Source of the DNA: Patescibacteria group bacterium
GTDB taxonomy: Bacteria; Patescibacteriota; Minisyncoccia; Phycocordibacterales; SIBU01
Length of the DNA: 64,000 bases
Assembly (NCBI GenBank): GCA_038063715.1
Contig: JBBTUO010000017.1
Span: 22,518-86,517, forward strand
Direction: 5' to 3'
Shown here: piece by piece, positions 1 to 9,986 of the stretch
Layout of the letters: every line of letters starts with the position of its first letter
How positions within the stretch are numbered: the first letter of the stretch is position 1
Position numbers and translations under genes: made by a program
The notes under the pieces: generated by a model
The model's input: only the letters and a program-made list of their open reading frames with translations
Databases searched by the model: none
Told to the model about the DNA's origin: nothing

Positions 1-117
1 GAAAGCGGAATATGCTCTTCTGGCTTGATCATTTAAGTAGATACAATACTACCTCAAAAAATACAAAGGACAAAAAAGCCACCCCGGAGAACCGAGGCGG
101 CGTGACAAAACATGGGA

Positions 118-1284
118 CTAAAACCCGGCATGGCGCCGAATGACCGCAGCCACCCGCTCGGCAGCCTTGCCGTCAACACGGAGCCGGTCACGGATGATTG
201 CACGAGCTTGATCGCGAAACCCGTGTTCACTTAACTCAAGGACACGTTGCACATGCGGAAGCAGCTCCTCCGGAGAAGAAACCTGGTGCGCGGCACCGTA
301 GGTCACCGCCGGAAACACCTTGAGCCCACCCATGGCACCTTCCATGTTTGCAATGACCCGAGGCGACGACCAAGCGATTGCAAGCGGCCCGTGGTTAAGC
401 AACGGGCCTTCCAACAAACCGGTCGAGTAACCGGAAATGACGATGTTGGAAGCGGCCATGTATTGATGCGTCGTTGCGGCGTTGGTAGCCCAGAGAACCG
501 GAACCTTCGCCTTTTTGACCCGATCGAGCCACAGATTGCAGAGCTCCGGCACTTTCAGAAACTTTGGATGCAATCCAACGATCGCAAGGCAAGATCCGCC
601 CAAAGAATCCAAGAGGTCGAGGGTGCCACCCAGAAAGTCCGTGGTGCAATCATCCTGACCGAGAATGAAAACCACGCAACGAGATGACTGGATCAGATTC
701 CTCACTACCGGTGGCACTTCAATCGGCGCCCCATTGGCAAACTTGTCGAAGGCCGGCGAGCCGGTCACTAGGATAAAAGGGGCTTTTGGCCCATTAAAGT
801 GTTCGCGAACCAATCGAGCGTCTTCGGAATCCAGAGCGGTGACAAGCACCTTGTCCAAATTTGGTTCCTCAACAGAAAGATCGGCACGCAGAGCCGACCC
901 GTGGATGTCTGATACGATGACTGTGGAAACACCACGTCTCACCGCCTCACGAACCACACCGCCTTCAAGATTGTTGGGCGCACCCATACTAGCAACCACG
1001 GCGCGAAGCCGAGCCTTGCCGAGTAGAGCCTCGTCGAGCAACCAAACCGGATCGATGTCGTAACGAACCAACGTCTGACTGTTAATGTTGTCTCCCTGCG
1101 GCAGACCGCCGTAGATGGTCTTGCCGGCGTCGGTCAACAATTTCATAGCCAGTCCCTCGGCAACCCAGACGACTTTGACTTGTGGGTCTTGCGCCAAGAT
1201 CTCCATCGGCCTCGTGAGCACCGCCAGCCCGCCGGGATCTTTAGCGACGGCAAGCACAATTTCTGTTTCTTCATCTGCGGCCAT
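118..1284 (-). CDS. GT-B fold glycosyltransferase (MurG/MGDG-synthase-like; C-terminal nucleotide-sugar binding half recognisable)
   Basis: 388 aa ORF with two Rossmann-like halves and a Gly-rich loop (VTGSPAFDKF). It is much more GC-rich than the rest of the window. The family call comes from overall pattern only. Confidence 0.45.
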   Translation of the reverse strand: MAADEETEIVLAVAKDPGGLAVLTRPMEILAQDPQVKVVWVAEGLAMKLLTDAGKTIYGGLPQGDNINSQTLVRYDIDPVWLLDEALLGKARLRAVVASMGAPNNLEGGVVREAVRRGVSTVIVSDIHGSALRADLSVEEPNLDKVLVTALDSEDARLVREHFNGPKAPFILVTGSPAFDKFANGAPIEVPPVVRNLIQSSRCVVFILGQDDCTTDFLGGTLDLLDSLGGSCLAIVGLHPKFLKVPELCNLWLDRVKKAKVPVLWATNAATTHQYMAASNIVISGYSTGLLEGPLLNHGPLAIAWSSPRVIANMEGAMGGLKVFPAVTYGAAHQVSSPEELLPHVQRVLELSEHGFRDQARAIIRDRLRVDGKAAERVAAVIRRHAGF

Positions 1285-1393
1285 AATGGCCTCCTTTCTT
1301 TAGTTTGAGGTTAACTGCAACAAATCGAGTTCACCGTTGGCAAAGACCAGAGCGAACTCACCTGAACCTACCACAAAACAGAAAAATGTCAAG

Positions 1394-1437
1394 AACGGCT
1401 CAACGGCGTCCGCCGTTGAGCCGTTTTATGGTTTTTG
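1394..1437 (-). terminator. Intrinsic terminator-like hairpin downstream of the Wzy-like gene (13-15 bp perfect stem, T-rich on both strands)
   Basis: aacggctcaacggcg-tc-cgccgttgagccgtt is followed by ttttatggttttt on the + strand and by ttgacatttttctgtttt on the - strand. It lies 20-60 nt after the stop codon at 1459. Confidence 0.55.
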
Positions 1438-1458
1438 CTATCTGGGAATGACTTTGTC

Positions 1459-3747
1459 TTAAATCGTTTTCCCCGCTCGAACTTGCTGTATCATAGGCTC
1501 AATCTGCCCTTTCGCTTCTGGATTAATCTCAATCACCTTTCGCAGGTCGGCAATCGCCGCGCTTGTCCTACCCAAATTTGCCTCGATGCTAGCGCGGGTG
1601 AAATAGAATTGAGGATTGTTTGGTTCCTGTTTAATTAAGAAATTCATACTAATAAGAGCTCGCTCGTAAAATCCAGATGAGTAGTACGCCAAAATCAATC
1701 TCTGATCAGACAAGACCAAACCTGACTCAAGTGGCTTCAGAATTTCATCAGCAAGCGCGATCTGTTTATCGTAAATAAGAGCGAGCGCGTAAATTTTACG
1801 AGCCTCGTTAAAACCAGGCTCAAGATCAAACGCTGTCTTCATGGTCGACACAGCCATCTTGAAATCTTTTTTGCCGAGATACGCCGAGCCAAGCGAGAAA
1901 AGAATGGTTTGCTTTTTCGGCGAAAGTTCGTGGGCCTTAGTCAAAAGTTTGATAGAAGCATCACTATCGCCAAAACTTGCCAGAAATGATCCAGCGAAAA
2001 GGTAGTATCGGGTATCCTCTGGCGCACGATCAATCTGTATCTTCATCTCTGTATTAGCCAAATCAAAAAAACTGCTTTTTATTTTCTGATCAACATTAGG
2101 ATTGCCAGCAGCCTGGCTAGTAGCCTGAACAAGCTGTTCACGAATTTCTGAATCACCGAGTGATCCTCGAGAAAGAGCTTTTTTGAAATACTCCAGATTA
2201 ACAGATGGTCCGGCAGAGTGAGCCCGTAACGCTTCTATCAACTCTACCGACGCGAGCATGGCGGGCACATTCACTTTATATATGATAAAGACCGTGGCAA
2301 TCGCGACCAAAGGGATCAGGATACGATTTTTAATTCCCTCGTCAACACTTCTCACTGTCTTTTCTAAAGCAGGAGAAACAGAACCCTCTGTACCACCAAT
2401 ATAAGAAAGCACCATTACAAACAAAATGTAACTGGTGATGTTGTCGAAAACGGTAAAATTGTGCATGAAATAGCCCACAAGAAGCCCCGTCAAAATACTG
2501 CTCTCAGTGCGAGAAAAGTGGCTTCCCTTCTTCCAAAGAAGATAAAGAGCGAAACCAAAGAGCGACAAATACGATAGCAAACCCAGAATTCCGCCAGCAA
2601 TCAACCAGTCAAAAAATACGTTGTGAGTACGGTCAAACCACTGTTCCTGACTGTACATACGAGGGTCATAGTATTTGTTGAAAACATAATTAAAACTCTC
2701 CTGCCCCCAACCAAATATCGGCTTCTCTTTTACTCCCTCAAAAGACATCGGCCAAAGCAAACAACGAGATTTTAATTCCCCATTGCAAATTATATTTTTA
2801 TCGAAGGTCAAAACCTGATCGACAAACGATCCGAGGCGATCTAAGGATTCACTTTTGTGAACAAAATCAGATTTCCGGCCCACCACAAACAAGCCTCCAA
2901 GAAGAACAATTGTAATCAATAGACCAGCGCCGATGCGGCGCAGAATTTTATTTTCTTTTTCAAAAACAACGAGCCCAATAGCAAAACATACTAGACCAGC
3001 AACAAGACCGATTTCTGCTCCTCGTGTTGCCGTTTTAAACAAAACAAAAATGTCAGCAATAATTGCCACCCCGTAAAAAATTGGCCAAAAAAGCCCCCAT
3101 GAATGCGTAACGTAATTTTTCTTGAAATAACCGAGTAGCAAATAAAGCGCCAGAAATACGTGGAAAAGCATGTACCCCCCGAGATACGCCGAATTACCGA
3201 TGGTCGCATCAACACGAGTAGCGCCTTGGTGAATTGCAAGAGTGCCTGCAAGTTGAAAACAACTGTATGCAAATAATATAAGACTAACACCGATAGATAC
3301 CTGAAATAATCGCTCCCACAATTTTTTGGTCATGACCGAACTCAACACCACAAAAAGCACAAAAAGATGGGCAATGGTTACCCAACCCTCCATGCGCTCG
3401 TAGTTAGACCAGAAACTTTTATAAGCATTCGGACTGAGCAAGTCGGAAATAAACAAAACGCCTACGAAAACAGCGAAGGCTTGGAAAATTCGGGAAAATT
3501 TTGGAAGGACTGTGTGATCCCGCAGTGCCAAAATAATCCACAGACATCCAATTGTTTCAACGATAATTCGAAATGCAAAATTCTTACCAGTAATAAAAGG
3601 GAAAAAGAAATGATCAGCGACAATCAAACAGATAAAAGGCAAAAGAAAAATCCCACTGATAATTGTATTGCGGAGAATTTTGTTTGTATCCATAATGCAA
3701 AAACTATAGCACAAAACAAAAACCGAGGCGACAGACGAACTAATCAT
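1459..3747 (-). CDS. O-antigen ligase/polymerase (Wzy_C-like) multi-pass membrane protein fused to a C-terminal TPR-repeat domain
   Basis: 762 aa. The N-terminal ~430 aa are very hydrophobic with many predicted TM helices, typical of the WaaL/Wzy family. The C-terminal ~300 aa carry repeated A/Y/L-rich 34-residue-type helical (TPR-like) repeats. Confidence 0.65.
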   Translation of the reverse strand: MISSSVASVFVLCYSFCIMDTNKILRNTIISGIFLLPFICLIVADHFFFPFITGKNFAFRIIVETIGCLWIILALRDHTVLPKFSRIFQAFAVFVGVLFISDLLSPNAYKSFWSNYERMEGWVTIAHLFVLFVVLSSVMTKKLWERLFQVSIGVSLILFAYSCFQLAGTLAIHQGATRVDATIGNSAYLGGYMLFHVFLALYLLLGYFKKNYVTHSWGLFWPIFYGVAIIADIFVLFKTATRGAEIGLVAGLVCFAIGLVVFEKENKILRRIGAGLLITIVLLGGLFVVGRKSDFVHKSESLDRLGSFVDQVLTFDKNIICNGELKSRCLLWPMSFEGVKEKPIFGWGQESFNYVFNKYYDPRMYSQEQWFDRTHNVFFDWLIAGGILGLLSYLSLFGFALYLLWKKGSHFSRTESSILTGLLVGYFMHNFTVFDNITSYILFVMVLSYIGGTEGSVSPALEKTVRSVDEGIKNRILIPLVAIATVFIIYKVNVPAMLASVELIEALRAHSAGPSVNLEYFKKALSRGSLGDSEIREQLVQATSQAAGNPNVDQKIKSSFFDLANTEMKIQIDRAPEDTRYYLFAGSFLASFGDSDASIKLLTKAHELSPKKQTILFSLGSAYLGKKDFKMAVSTMKTAFDLEPGFNEARKIYALALIYDKQIALADEILKPLESGLVLSDQRLILAYYSSGFYERALISMNFLIKQEPNNPQFYFTRASIEANLGRTSAAIADLRKVIEINPEAKGQIEPMIQQVRAGKTI

Positions 3748-3915
3748 TACAATGATTTGAAATCCCTAACCCTCTTGAGGTGATTCCATACAATTGCACG
3801 GTTGCGGGGTGATTGACTAATTAGTAAAAAAATGCTATCAATTAAAATAGAGTGACCTAGCATTCTGACAATTTATAAACGTCTCAACTCACCACCAGAA
3901 ACTTGAAAGTAACCT

Positions 3916-4632
3916 ATGAATCAGACTGCCTTGATGGCCAGCCTAAGAACAGGCCTTGGAAAAGTTTATCGGCCCCCAACTGCAATTGGCGGCCATGACA
4001 TTCAACACATAGAACGGCTACTCCTCATGTATCGGGAAATCAGCGAACTCATACCGGGTGTAAGTGAGTTTGAATACGAGATTGCAGTATGGCTTCACAA
4101 CCTTGACCGTTACCCGGCACTTCTTGCAAGTAGCGGCGCTTTAAACCTGACCTGTCTCATACACCTCTATCTCGCTCCAGGAAAGCTTGAGCCAGAGACC
4201 ACAGAGCGGATAATCACCGCTGTGATGGAACACTCCAAAAAGGATGACGGGACAAACGACTCGCCACTTTTGCAAGCATTACGACTTGCCGATAAGTGGG
4301 ATAGAATAGGTATACTTGGAATCACGGACAGTTTTTCCTGGAAAGGGCCACAACTGCCTGCATACGAAAAAACCGGTTTTGGTTATGGTAGCACAGCCGA
4401 AGGTTCCATGACATGTCACTACCAAAACTTCTACCGGGTGCTTGAGTGGTACACAATGTATCCACTCATACGTGAACTGGTGCGACGCAAACCACACCGA
4501 TTTGAACATCTGCTAGCCTGCATCAGAATGTTCGCACGAGAAGTATCGGAAGCACAAGATGTGCCGAACACTGTTGAAGATGACATTGCACGTTGTCTCG
4601 GTAATTTTTACCCTCAGTGGCATCCCAAATGA
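3916..4632 (+). CDS. Hypothetical protein (possible HD-domain-like metal-dependent hydrolase)
   Basis: 238 aa ORF of moderate GC. It has His/Asp-containing motifs (GGHDIQH, LHNLDR) that only weakly resemble an HD domain. A clear hairpin terminator follows it. Confidence 0.35.
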   Translation: MNQTALMASLRTGLGKVYRPPTAIGGHDIQHIERLLLMYREISELIPGVSEFEYEIAVWLHNLDRYPALLASSGALNLTCLIHLYLAPGKLEPETTERIITAVMEHSKKDDGTNDSPLLQALRLADKWDRIGILGITDSFSWKGPQLPAYEKTGFGYGSTAEGSMTCHYQNFYRVLEWYTMYPLIRELVRRKPHRFEHLLACIRMFAREVSEAQDVPNTVEDDIARCLGNFYPQWHPK

Positions 4633-4645
4633 TAAAACTCACTCT

Positions 4646-4683
4646 ACCCTCTTGTTACCAAATAACGAGAGGGTTTTTCTTTT
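4646..4683 (+). terminator. Rho-independent terminator
   Basis: accctct-(15 nt loop)-agagggt is followed by tttttctttt immediately after the stop at 4632. Confidence 0.6.
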
Positions 4684-4716
4684 AAAAGCTTTCTAAATAT
4701 TGCCAAATGAACCTAT

Positions 4717-4745
4717 TTGACACCTTTTGACACTTTTAGTATTAT
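4717..4745 (+). promoter_or_regulatory. Sigma70-type promoter TTGACA-N17-TATTAT with the ATG only 6 nt after the -10, implying a leaderless mRNA
   Basis: TTGACA at 4717-4722, a 17-nt spacer, then TATTAT at 4740-4745. The ATG of the HTH gene is at 4752. Confidence 0.5.
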
Positions 4746-4751
4746 ATAAAC

Positions 4752-5000
4752 ATGATTAAGGAAATCAAACCAGGTGGTGTATATACGACCACGGAAACGC
4801 GCGAACTGCTTAGGATAAGCGATAGCACAATTAAACGCCTGCTAAAAGGTGGACTAATTCGAGCCAATAAAATCGGCGGTCAATACCGTATACTCGGACA
4901 CGAAATTCTACGCCTGCTCTCCCCCGACATCGATCGAAGGGCAACCAACTCATATCAAAAGTTAAAACGAAATGTGGCAAGAACAGTAAAATATTGGTAG
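4752..5000 (+). CDS. Small helix-turn-helix DNA-binding protein (excisionase/MerR-like HTH family)
   Basis: 82 aa with an ..TTETRELLRISDSTIKRLLKGGLIRANKIGGQYRI.. pattern typical of excisionase-family HTH_17 domains. Confidence 0.55.
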   Translation: MIKEIKPGGVYTTTETRELLRISDSTIKRLLKGGLIRANKIGGQYRILGHEILRLLSPDIDRRATNSYQKLKRNVARTVKYW

Positions 5001-5046
5001 AACATTGCGGAAACAGAAAGTGTTATACTGTTAGAACAATTAAAAT

Positions 5047-6162
5047 ATGAAAAAAGAAAAAAATACAACAGCCAAATCGGGAAATGGAATTAAAAAAGCG
5101 TTCATCACCGGCATCACGGGTCAGGACGGTTCTTACCTAACCGAACTGCTTTTGGAAAAGGGGTACGAGGTTCACGGCCTTATCCGACGCGTTTCAACTT
5201 TTAACACTGGCCGTATCGAACATCTATACCAGGATCCTCATATAAAAGGTACACGCTTATTCCTACATTACGGCGACCTATCGGACGCGAGCAACATCAA
5301 AAAACTGATCTTTACCCTCTCTCCCGATGAGGTCTACAACCTTGGAGCTCAATCCCATGTTAAGGTGTCTTTCGACATGGCTGAATACACCGGAGACATC
5401 ACTGGTCTCGGTGCATTACGCGTACTCGAAGCGGTGAAAGACTTTCAGTTACAGACCGGTAAAAAAGTAAAATTTTATCAGGCATCATCCTCCGAGATGT
5501 TCGGCTCTGCCCTACCCCCTCAAAATGAAAAAACCTCCTTCGCTCCTCGCAGTCCCTACGGTGTCGCCAAAACATTTGCCTACTATGGCACGGTGAACTG
5601 CAGAGAGTCGTACGGAATTTATGCCGTAAACGGTATTCTATTCAATCATGAAAGCCCTCGCCGAGGAGAAACATTCGTCACCCGAAAAATCACTCAAGCG
5701 GTGGCGCGCATCAAGCTCGGCCTTCAAGACACTCTCTATTTGGGAAACTTAGACGCACTACGTGACTGGGGCCATGCTCGTGACTATGTATCCGCAATGT
5801 ATCTTATGATGCAACAGTCAAAACCAGAAGATTATGTTATTGCGACAGGAACACAACATTCGGTACGAGAATTTTGTGAATTAGCCTTTAAGGAAATCAA
5901 CATCAACCTGGAGTGGCGAGGAAAAGGCGATGCGGAACAAGGTGTTGATCCGAAAACCGGCAAGGCGCTTGTACAAATAGACAAACGCTATTTCCGACCC
6001 GCTGAAGTCAACTCACTTATGGGCGATGCTAAAAAGGCATTAAAGGATTTGGGTTGGAAGCCGAAAATCAGTTTCCAGGAATTGGTCAAGGAAATGGTAG
6101 CATCGGACCTAACGGAAGAATCAAAAAAACATATCCTAGCGGCCAGCGGTAAGAAAAAGTAA
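5047..6162 (+). CDS. gmd: GDP-mannose 4,6-dehydratase
   Basis: [33 protein letters not shown]-terminus, a [10 protein letters not shown] catalytic motif, 371 aa. Confidence 0.93.
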   Translation: MKKEKNTTAKSGNGIKKAFITGITGQDGSYLTELLLEKGYEVHGLIRRVSTFNTGRIEHLYQDPHIKGTRLFLHYGDLSDASNIKKLIFTLSPDEVYNLGAQSHVKVSFDMAEYTGDITGLGALRVLEAVKDFQLQTGKKVKFYQASSSEMFGSALPPQNEKTSFAPRSPYGVAKTFAYYGTVNCRESYGIYAVNGILFNHESPRRGETFVTRKITQAVARIKLGLQDTLYLGNLDALRDWGHARDYVSAMYLMMQQSKPEDYVIATGTQHSVREFCELAFKEININLEWRGKGDAEQGVDPKTGKALVQIDKRYFRPAEVNSLMGDAKKALKDLGWKPKISFQELVKEMVASDLTEESKKHILAASGKKK

Positions 6163-6168
6163 AGACTG

Positions 6169-7101
6169 ATGGAAAAGAATTCCAAAATCTACATTGCCGG
6201 ACATCTTGGCCTAGTAGGAAGCGCTATTACTCGGGCGCTTGTTTCCCGCAATTTTACCAATCTTGTATTAAAAACAAGAGCTGAGCTTGATTTGCTTGAC
6301 CAGACGGCAGTTGAAAAATTTTTTCAAAAGGAAAAACCTGAATATGTATTTTTGGCTGCCGCAAAGGTTGGCGGTATCATGGCCAACAAAACTCATCCAG
6401 CTGAGTTTATTTATGAAAATCTTCTAGTCCAAGCACATGTTTTGGAGCAAGCTAGAATTAACGGCGTTAAAAAACTTTTATTCCTCGGGAGCTCCTGCAT
6501 TTATCCTCGTCTTTCCGAACAACCCATCAAAGAAGAATATTTTTTATCTGGAGATCTTGAACCAACTAATCGCGCCTATGCCATTGCCAAAATCGCTGGT
6601 ATTGTGACCTGTCAATCTTACAATGCAGAGTACGGCACAAATTTTATTTCTGCGATGCCGACAAATATGTACGGCCCAAATGATAATTTTGATCTTGAAA
6701 ATTCACACGTTCTTCCGGCACTGATTCGCAAATTTCATGAGGCGAAAATAAACGGTAAAAAAGAAGTGGTTTTGTGGGGAACTGGTGTAGCGCGGCGTGA
6801 GTTTCTTCATGTTGATGATTTTGCCGATGCCGCTCTTTTTTTGATGGATAAGTACGAAAGAACCGAAATTATCAATGTCGGAAGTGGAGAAGATGTTTCG
6901 ATAAAAGAATTGGCCGAGATAATAAGAAAAATTGTTGGGTTCTCCGGAACAATTTCATGGAATTCCGACAAGCCAGATGGGATCCTCCGAAAACTTCTGG
7001 ACGTCTCCAAAATTCATACTCTGGGCTGGAAACACACAATTCAACTGGAAGGAGGTATAGCGTCAACATACGCATGGTACGAGAAAAACAGTAACAAATA
7101 A
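6169..7101 (+). CDS. fcl: GDP-L-fucose synthase (GDP-4-keto-6-deoxy-D-mannose 3,5-epimerase/4-reductase)
   Basis: KIYIAGHLGLVGSAI N-terminus, GSSCIYP, YAIAK and MPTNMYGPNDNF motifs. It lies directly downstream of gmd. Confidence 0.9.
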   Translation: MEKNSKIYIAGHLGLVGSAITRALVSRNFTNLVLKTRAELDLLDQTAVEKFFQKEKPEYVFLAAAKVGGIMANKTHPAEFIYENLLVQAHVLEQARINGVKKLLFLGSSCIYPRLSEQPIKEEYFLSGDLEPTNRAYAIAKIAGIVTCQSYNAEYGTNFISAMPTNMYGPNDNFDLENSHVLPALIRKFHEAKINGKKEVVLWGTGVARREFLHVDDFADAALFLMDKYERTEIINVGSGEDVSIKELAEIIRKIVGFSGTISWNSDKPDGILRKLLDVSKIHTLGWKHTIQLEGGIASTYAWYEKNSNK

Positions 7102-7104
7102 AAA

Positions 7105-7923
7105 ATGACCGTCACAATTATAAAACCTAAAAAAACTTTCAGCCTCGAGGATATAAAAGAGGTCTGGCGCTACAAAGGGCTCCTGTATTTTTTTGTCTGG
7201 CGTGATCTAAAGGTACGTTACAAGCAAACGATTGTGGGTATTGGATGGGCGGTTTTCCAGCCTTTTATGACCATGGTGGTCTTCAGTGTGTTCTTCGGAA
7301 AGCTTATACAAGTTCCTTCGGATGGCATTCCCTACCCGATTTTTGTGTACACCGGACTGTTGTTCTGGCAGCTATTTTCAAGCGCACTAAACGACACCAG
7401 CAACTCTCTTATATCGAACTCATCAATCATAACAAAAGTTTATTTTCCAAGAATTATACTGCCCCTCGCCGATACCGCGAATAAGTTCGTAGACCTTTTT
7501 TTTGCAAGTCTGGCTCTCATCTATCTTATGTTTCATTATGGATATACTCCGCAACCAATTGGAATCATCTTAATACCTATTCTGCTCGTCATAACCTCAG
7601 CAACAGCAGTCGGGGTGGGGTTGATTCTAGCCTCAATCAACGTCAAATACCGCGACGTGCGCTATGTTATGCCATTTTTCATGCAGTTACTTCTTTTCTT
7701 GACCCCAGTCATCTACCCTTCGAGTATCGCGGGCAAATATGCATGGCTCTTATCATTTAACCCCATGACTGGGGTTATCAAGGCTGCGCGGGCGGGACTA
7801 CTTGGAACGGGACCGATCGGCTGGCATTCTCTTCTGATATCGGGAATAGCGGCATTAGTATTCCTTATTCTTGGAATTTTCTTCTTTAAAAAAACCGAAA
7901 GATACTTCGCAGATATCGTTTAA
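7105..7923 (+). CDS. wzm: ABC-2 type polysaccharide export permease
   Basis: 272 aa with 6 predicted TM segments and the ABC-2 family pattern. It is followed by the cognate ATPase. Confidence 0.85.
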   Translation: MTVTIIKPKKTFSLEDIKEVWRYKGLLYFFVWRDLKVRYKQTIVGIGWAVFQPFMTMVVFSVFFGKLIQVPSDGIPYPIFVYTGLLFWQLFSSALNDTSNSLISNSSIITKVYFPRIILPLADTANKFVDLFFASLALIYLMFHYGYTPQPIGIILIPILLVITSATAVGVGLILASINVKYRDVRYVMPFFMQLLLFLTPVIYPSSIAGKYAWLLSFNPMTGVIKAARAGLLGTGPIGWHSLLISGIAALVFLILGIFFFKKTERYFADIV

Positions 7924-7927
7924 TTAT

Positions 7928-9202
7928 ATGGCACCAATCATCGAAATAAAAAACCTAAGCAAACGCTACAATATCACCGGACGAAAACGGGGATACGTCG
8001 CATTGCGTGATGTTATTACGGAAAAATTACGGCATCCACTCACGGCGCTTTTAAATCTCGGTAGAAGTATGCTGGGTAAAAACGGAATGGAGATATTCTG
8101 GGCATTAAAAGATATAAACCTCAGTGTTGAAAGGGGTGAGGCAGTAGGTATCATTGGCGCGAACGGCGCTGGAAAATCAACTCTTCTCAAAATTCTCTCT
8201 CGCATCACGCCTCCCACGGAGGGTGAAATTCGGTTGAATGGCAAGCTTGCCTCACTCCTTGAAGTGGGAACAGGCTTTCATCCCGAACTTTCTGGACGAG
8301 AAAATATATATTTAAACGGGGCAATTCTTGGTATGACCCGAAAAGAAATTGCTGATAAATTCGATGACATTGTATCTTTTTCGGGCATCGGAGATTTTAT
8401 TGATACACCTGTCAAACGGTACTCATCTGGTATGTATGTCAGGTTAGCGTTTTCAATTGCGGCTCATATTGAACCGGATATTCTTCTCGTAGACGAAGTA
8501 CTTGCTGTAGGCGACGCTGAGTTCCAAAAAAAATGTCTTGGAAAAATGGAAGAGGTTACCGGTAAGGCTGGAAGAACAATTCTGTTTGTCAGCCACAATA
8601 TGGCTGCAGTGACGAAACTCTGCCCCACTTCAGTCTTGCTATCGCACGGCCGAATCGTGATGACCGGCAAAACAGAGGATGTCATAAATTATTATCTGGC
8701 CGAGGAGTATAAAAAAAGTTCTGACAGCGAGAAACTGCTTCCATTCAAAAATCAAGACCTTGTTATCGAAAAATTTGATGTAACCCAAAACGGCACGCGA
8801 ACCGAGACTCTCGATGGCGACCGTCCATTTGAAATCACAATTAAATTTGAAACTCTGGTCGACCTAACCCAATTCCGCCTTGGAATTTATGTTAAAAACA
8901 GCTTGGGAAGTGTCTTATTCCGATCAACCACCTCTGACTGGAAACCTGAACTAGAAAAAATAAAACGCGGACGGCACAGTGCCACCTTGGTATTCCCCGG
9001 AAAACTTCTAATGCCGGGCAGTTATTTTTTGAACATTCACGCAGGACGCTTTAGCATCATAAATTACATGGCCAAACAGAGTTTGGATCGTACGATAGTC
9101 GTCGGTGCTTCGGCCTACTTCAATCAAGCTCACCCCGCCGAGCGAACCGAAGGCGAGCTTCTGCTTCCGTCCGAATGGAAACTAGAGTCAGTACATAATT
9201 GA
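7928..9202 (+). CDS. wzt: Polysaccharide ABC transporter ATP-binding protein with an extended C-terminal (putative glycan-terminus-binding) domain
   Basis: Walker A GANGAGKST, signature YSSGMYVRLAF, Walker B ILLVDE. About 200 extra C-terminal residues sit beyond the NBD. I chose the ATG at 7928 to avoid overlapping wzm. Confidence 0.85.
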   Translation: MAPIIEIKNLSKRYNITGRKRGYVALRDVITEKLRHPLTALLNLGRSMLGKNGMEIFWALKDINLSVERGEAVGIIGANGAGKSTLLKILSRITPPTEGEIRLNGKLASLLEVGTGFHPELSGRENIYLNGAILGMTRKEIADKFDDIVSFSGIGDFIDTPVKRYSSGMYVRLAFSIAAHIEPDILLVDEVLAVGDAEFQKKCLGKMEEVTGKAGRTILFVSHNMAAVTKLCPTSVLLSHGRIVMTGKTEDVINYYLAEEYKKSSDSEKLLPFKNQDLVIEKFDVTQNGTRTETLDGDRPFEITIKFETLVDLTQFRLGIYVKNSLGSVLFRSTTSDWKPELEKIKRGRHSATLVFPGKLLMPGSYFLNIHAGRFSIINYMAKQSLDRTIVVGASAYFNQAHPAERTEGELLLPSEWKLESVHN

Positions 9203-9212
9203 GACCTTATCT

Positions 9213-9986
9213 ATGCCGAAAATACTTAACAAACTTAAATGCTCAATTCTGCAAACCTCCTTCAAAGCTGGCGAAGGCCACATAGCCAGCGCTTTTTCAA
9301 TTTTGGATATTTTATGGGTTCTCTATGATCAAATTCTAAAAATTGATCCTCTCAAACCGCGCGATGAAAAAAGGGACAGGTTCTTTCTATCAAAGGGCCA
9401 TGCATCACTAGGATTATACGCGGTCCTGGCGGAAAAAGGTTTTTTTGACAAAGAAGAATTTGAAAGATTCGGAACTTTTGACAGTATTTTAGGCGGACAT
9501 CCGGACAGAAATAAAGTTCCAGGAGTTGAAGCCTCCACCGGATCATTAGGACACGGCTTTCCTATGGCGGTAGGTACGGCGCTAGGGCTTAAAATTACAG
9601 GGTCACAAGCAAAAGTTTTTGTCCTAATCGGCGACGGCGAAGCCAATGAAGGTGCGGTTTGGGAATCGGCACTCCTCGCCTCTCATCACAACTTAACAAA
9701 TCTGATCTGTATAATTGATTACAATCATTCAACTGACAGAGCGCTCCACATTGGCGATTTGGCAAAAAAATTTGAAGCTTTCGGCTGGCGCACGATTTCT
9801 ATTGACGGTCATAACCATAAAGAAATACTCGAATCCCTAAAATTAAAGCTTTCGGAAAAACCGACTGCAATTATTGCCACGACCATTAAAGGTTATGGAT
9901 CAAAAATGATGGAGAATAATCCTGCGTGGCATCGAAAGGCACCGACAAAAAATGAACTTGAAATAATTTTGAAGGAATTAACATGA
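9213..9986 (+). CDS. Transketolase, N-terminal (ThDP pyrophosphate-binding) subunit
   Basis: GHIASAFSILDIL, GHASLGLYAVL and GSLGHGFPMAVGTA..GDGEANEG motifs. This is the split two-gene transketolase form. Confidence 0.88.
   Translation: MPKILNKLKCSILQTSFKAGEGHIASAFSILDILWVLYDQILKIDPLKPRDEKRDRFFLSKGHASLGLYAVLAEKGFFDKEEFERFGTFDSILGGHPDRNKVPGVEASTGSLGHGFPMAVGTALGLKITGSQAKVFVLIGDGEANEGAVWESALLASHHNLTNLICIIDYNHSTDRALHIGDLAKKFEAFGWRTISIDGHNHKEILESLKLKLSEKPTAIIATTIKGYGSKMMENNPAWHRKAPTKNELEIILKELT

Noticed and set aside
247-1303. Several 60-150 aa ORFs on the opposite strand or other frames, nested inside the 118-1284 glycosyltransferase gene
   Set aside because: They lie entirely within a longer, motif-bearing ORF in a GC-rich segment where stop codons are rare. 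No independent signals support them, so they are typical antisense shadow ORFs.
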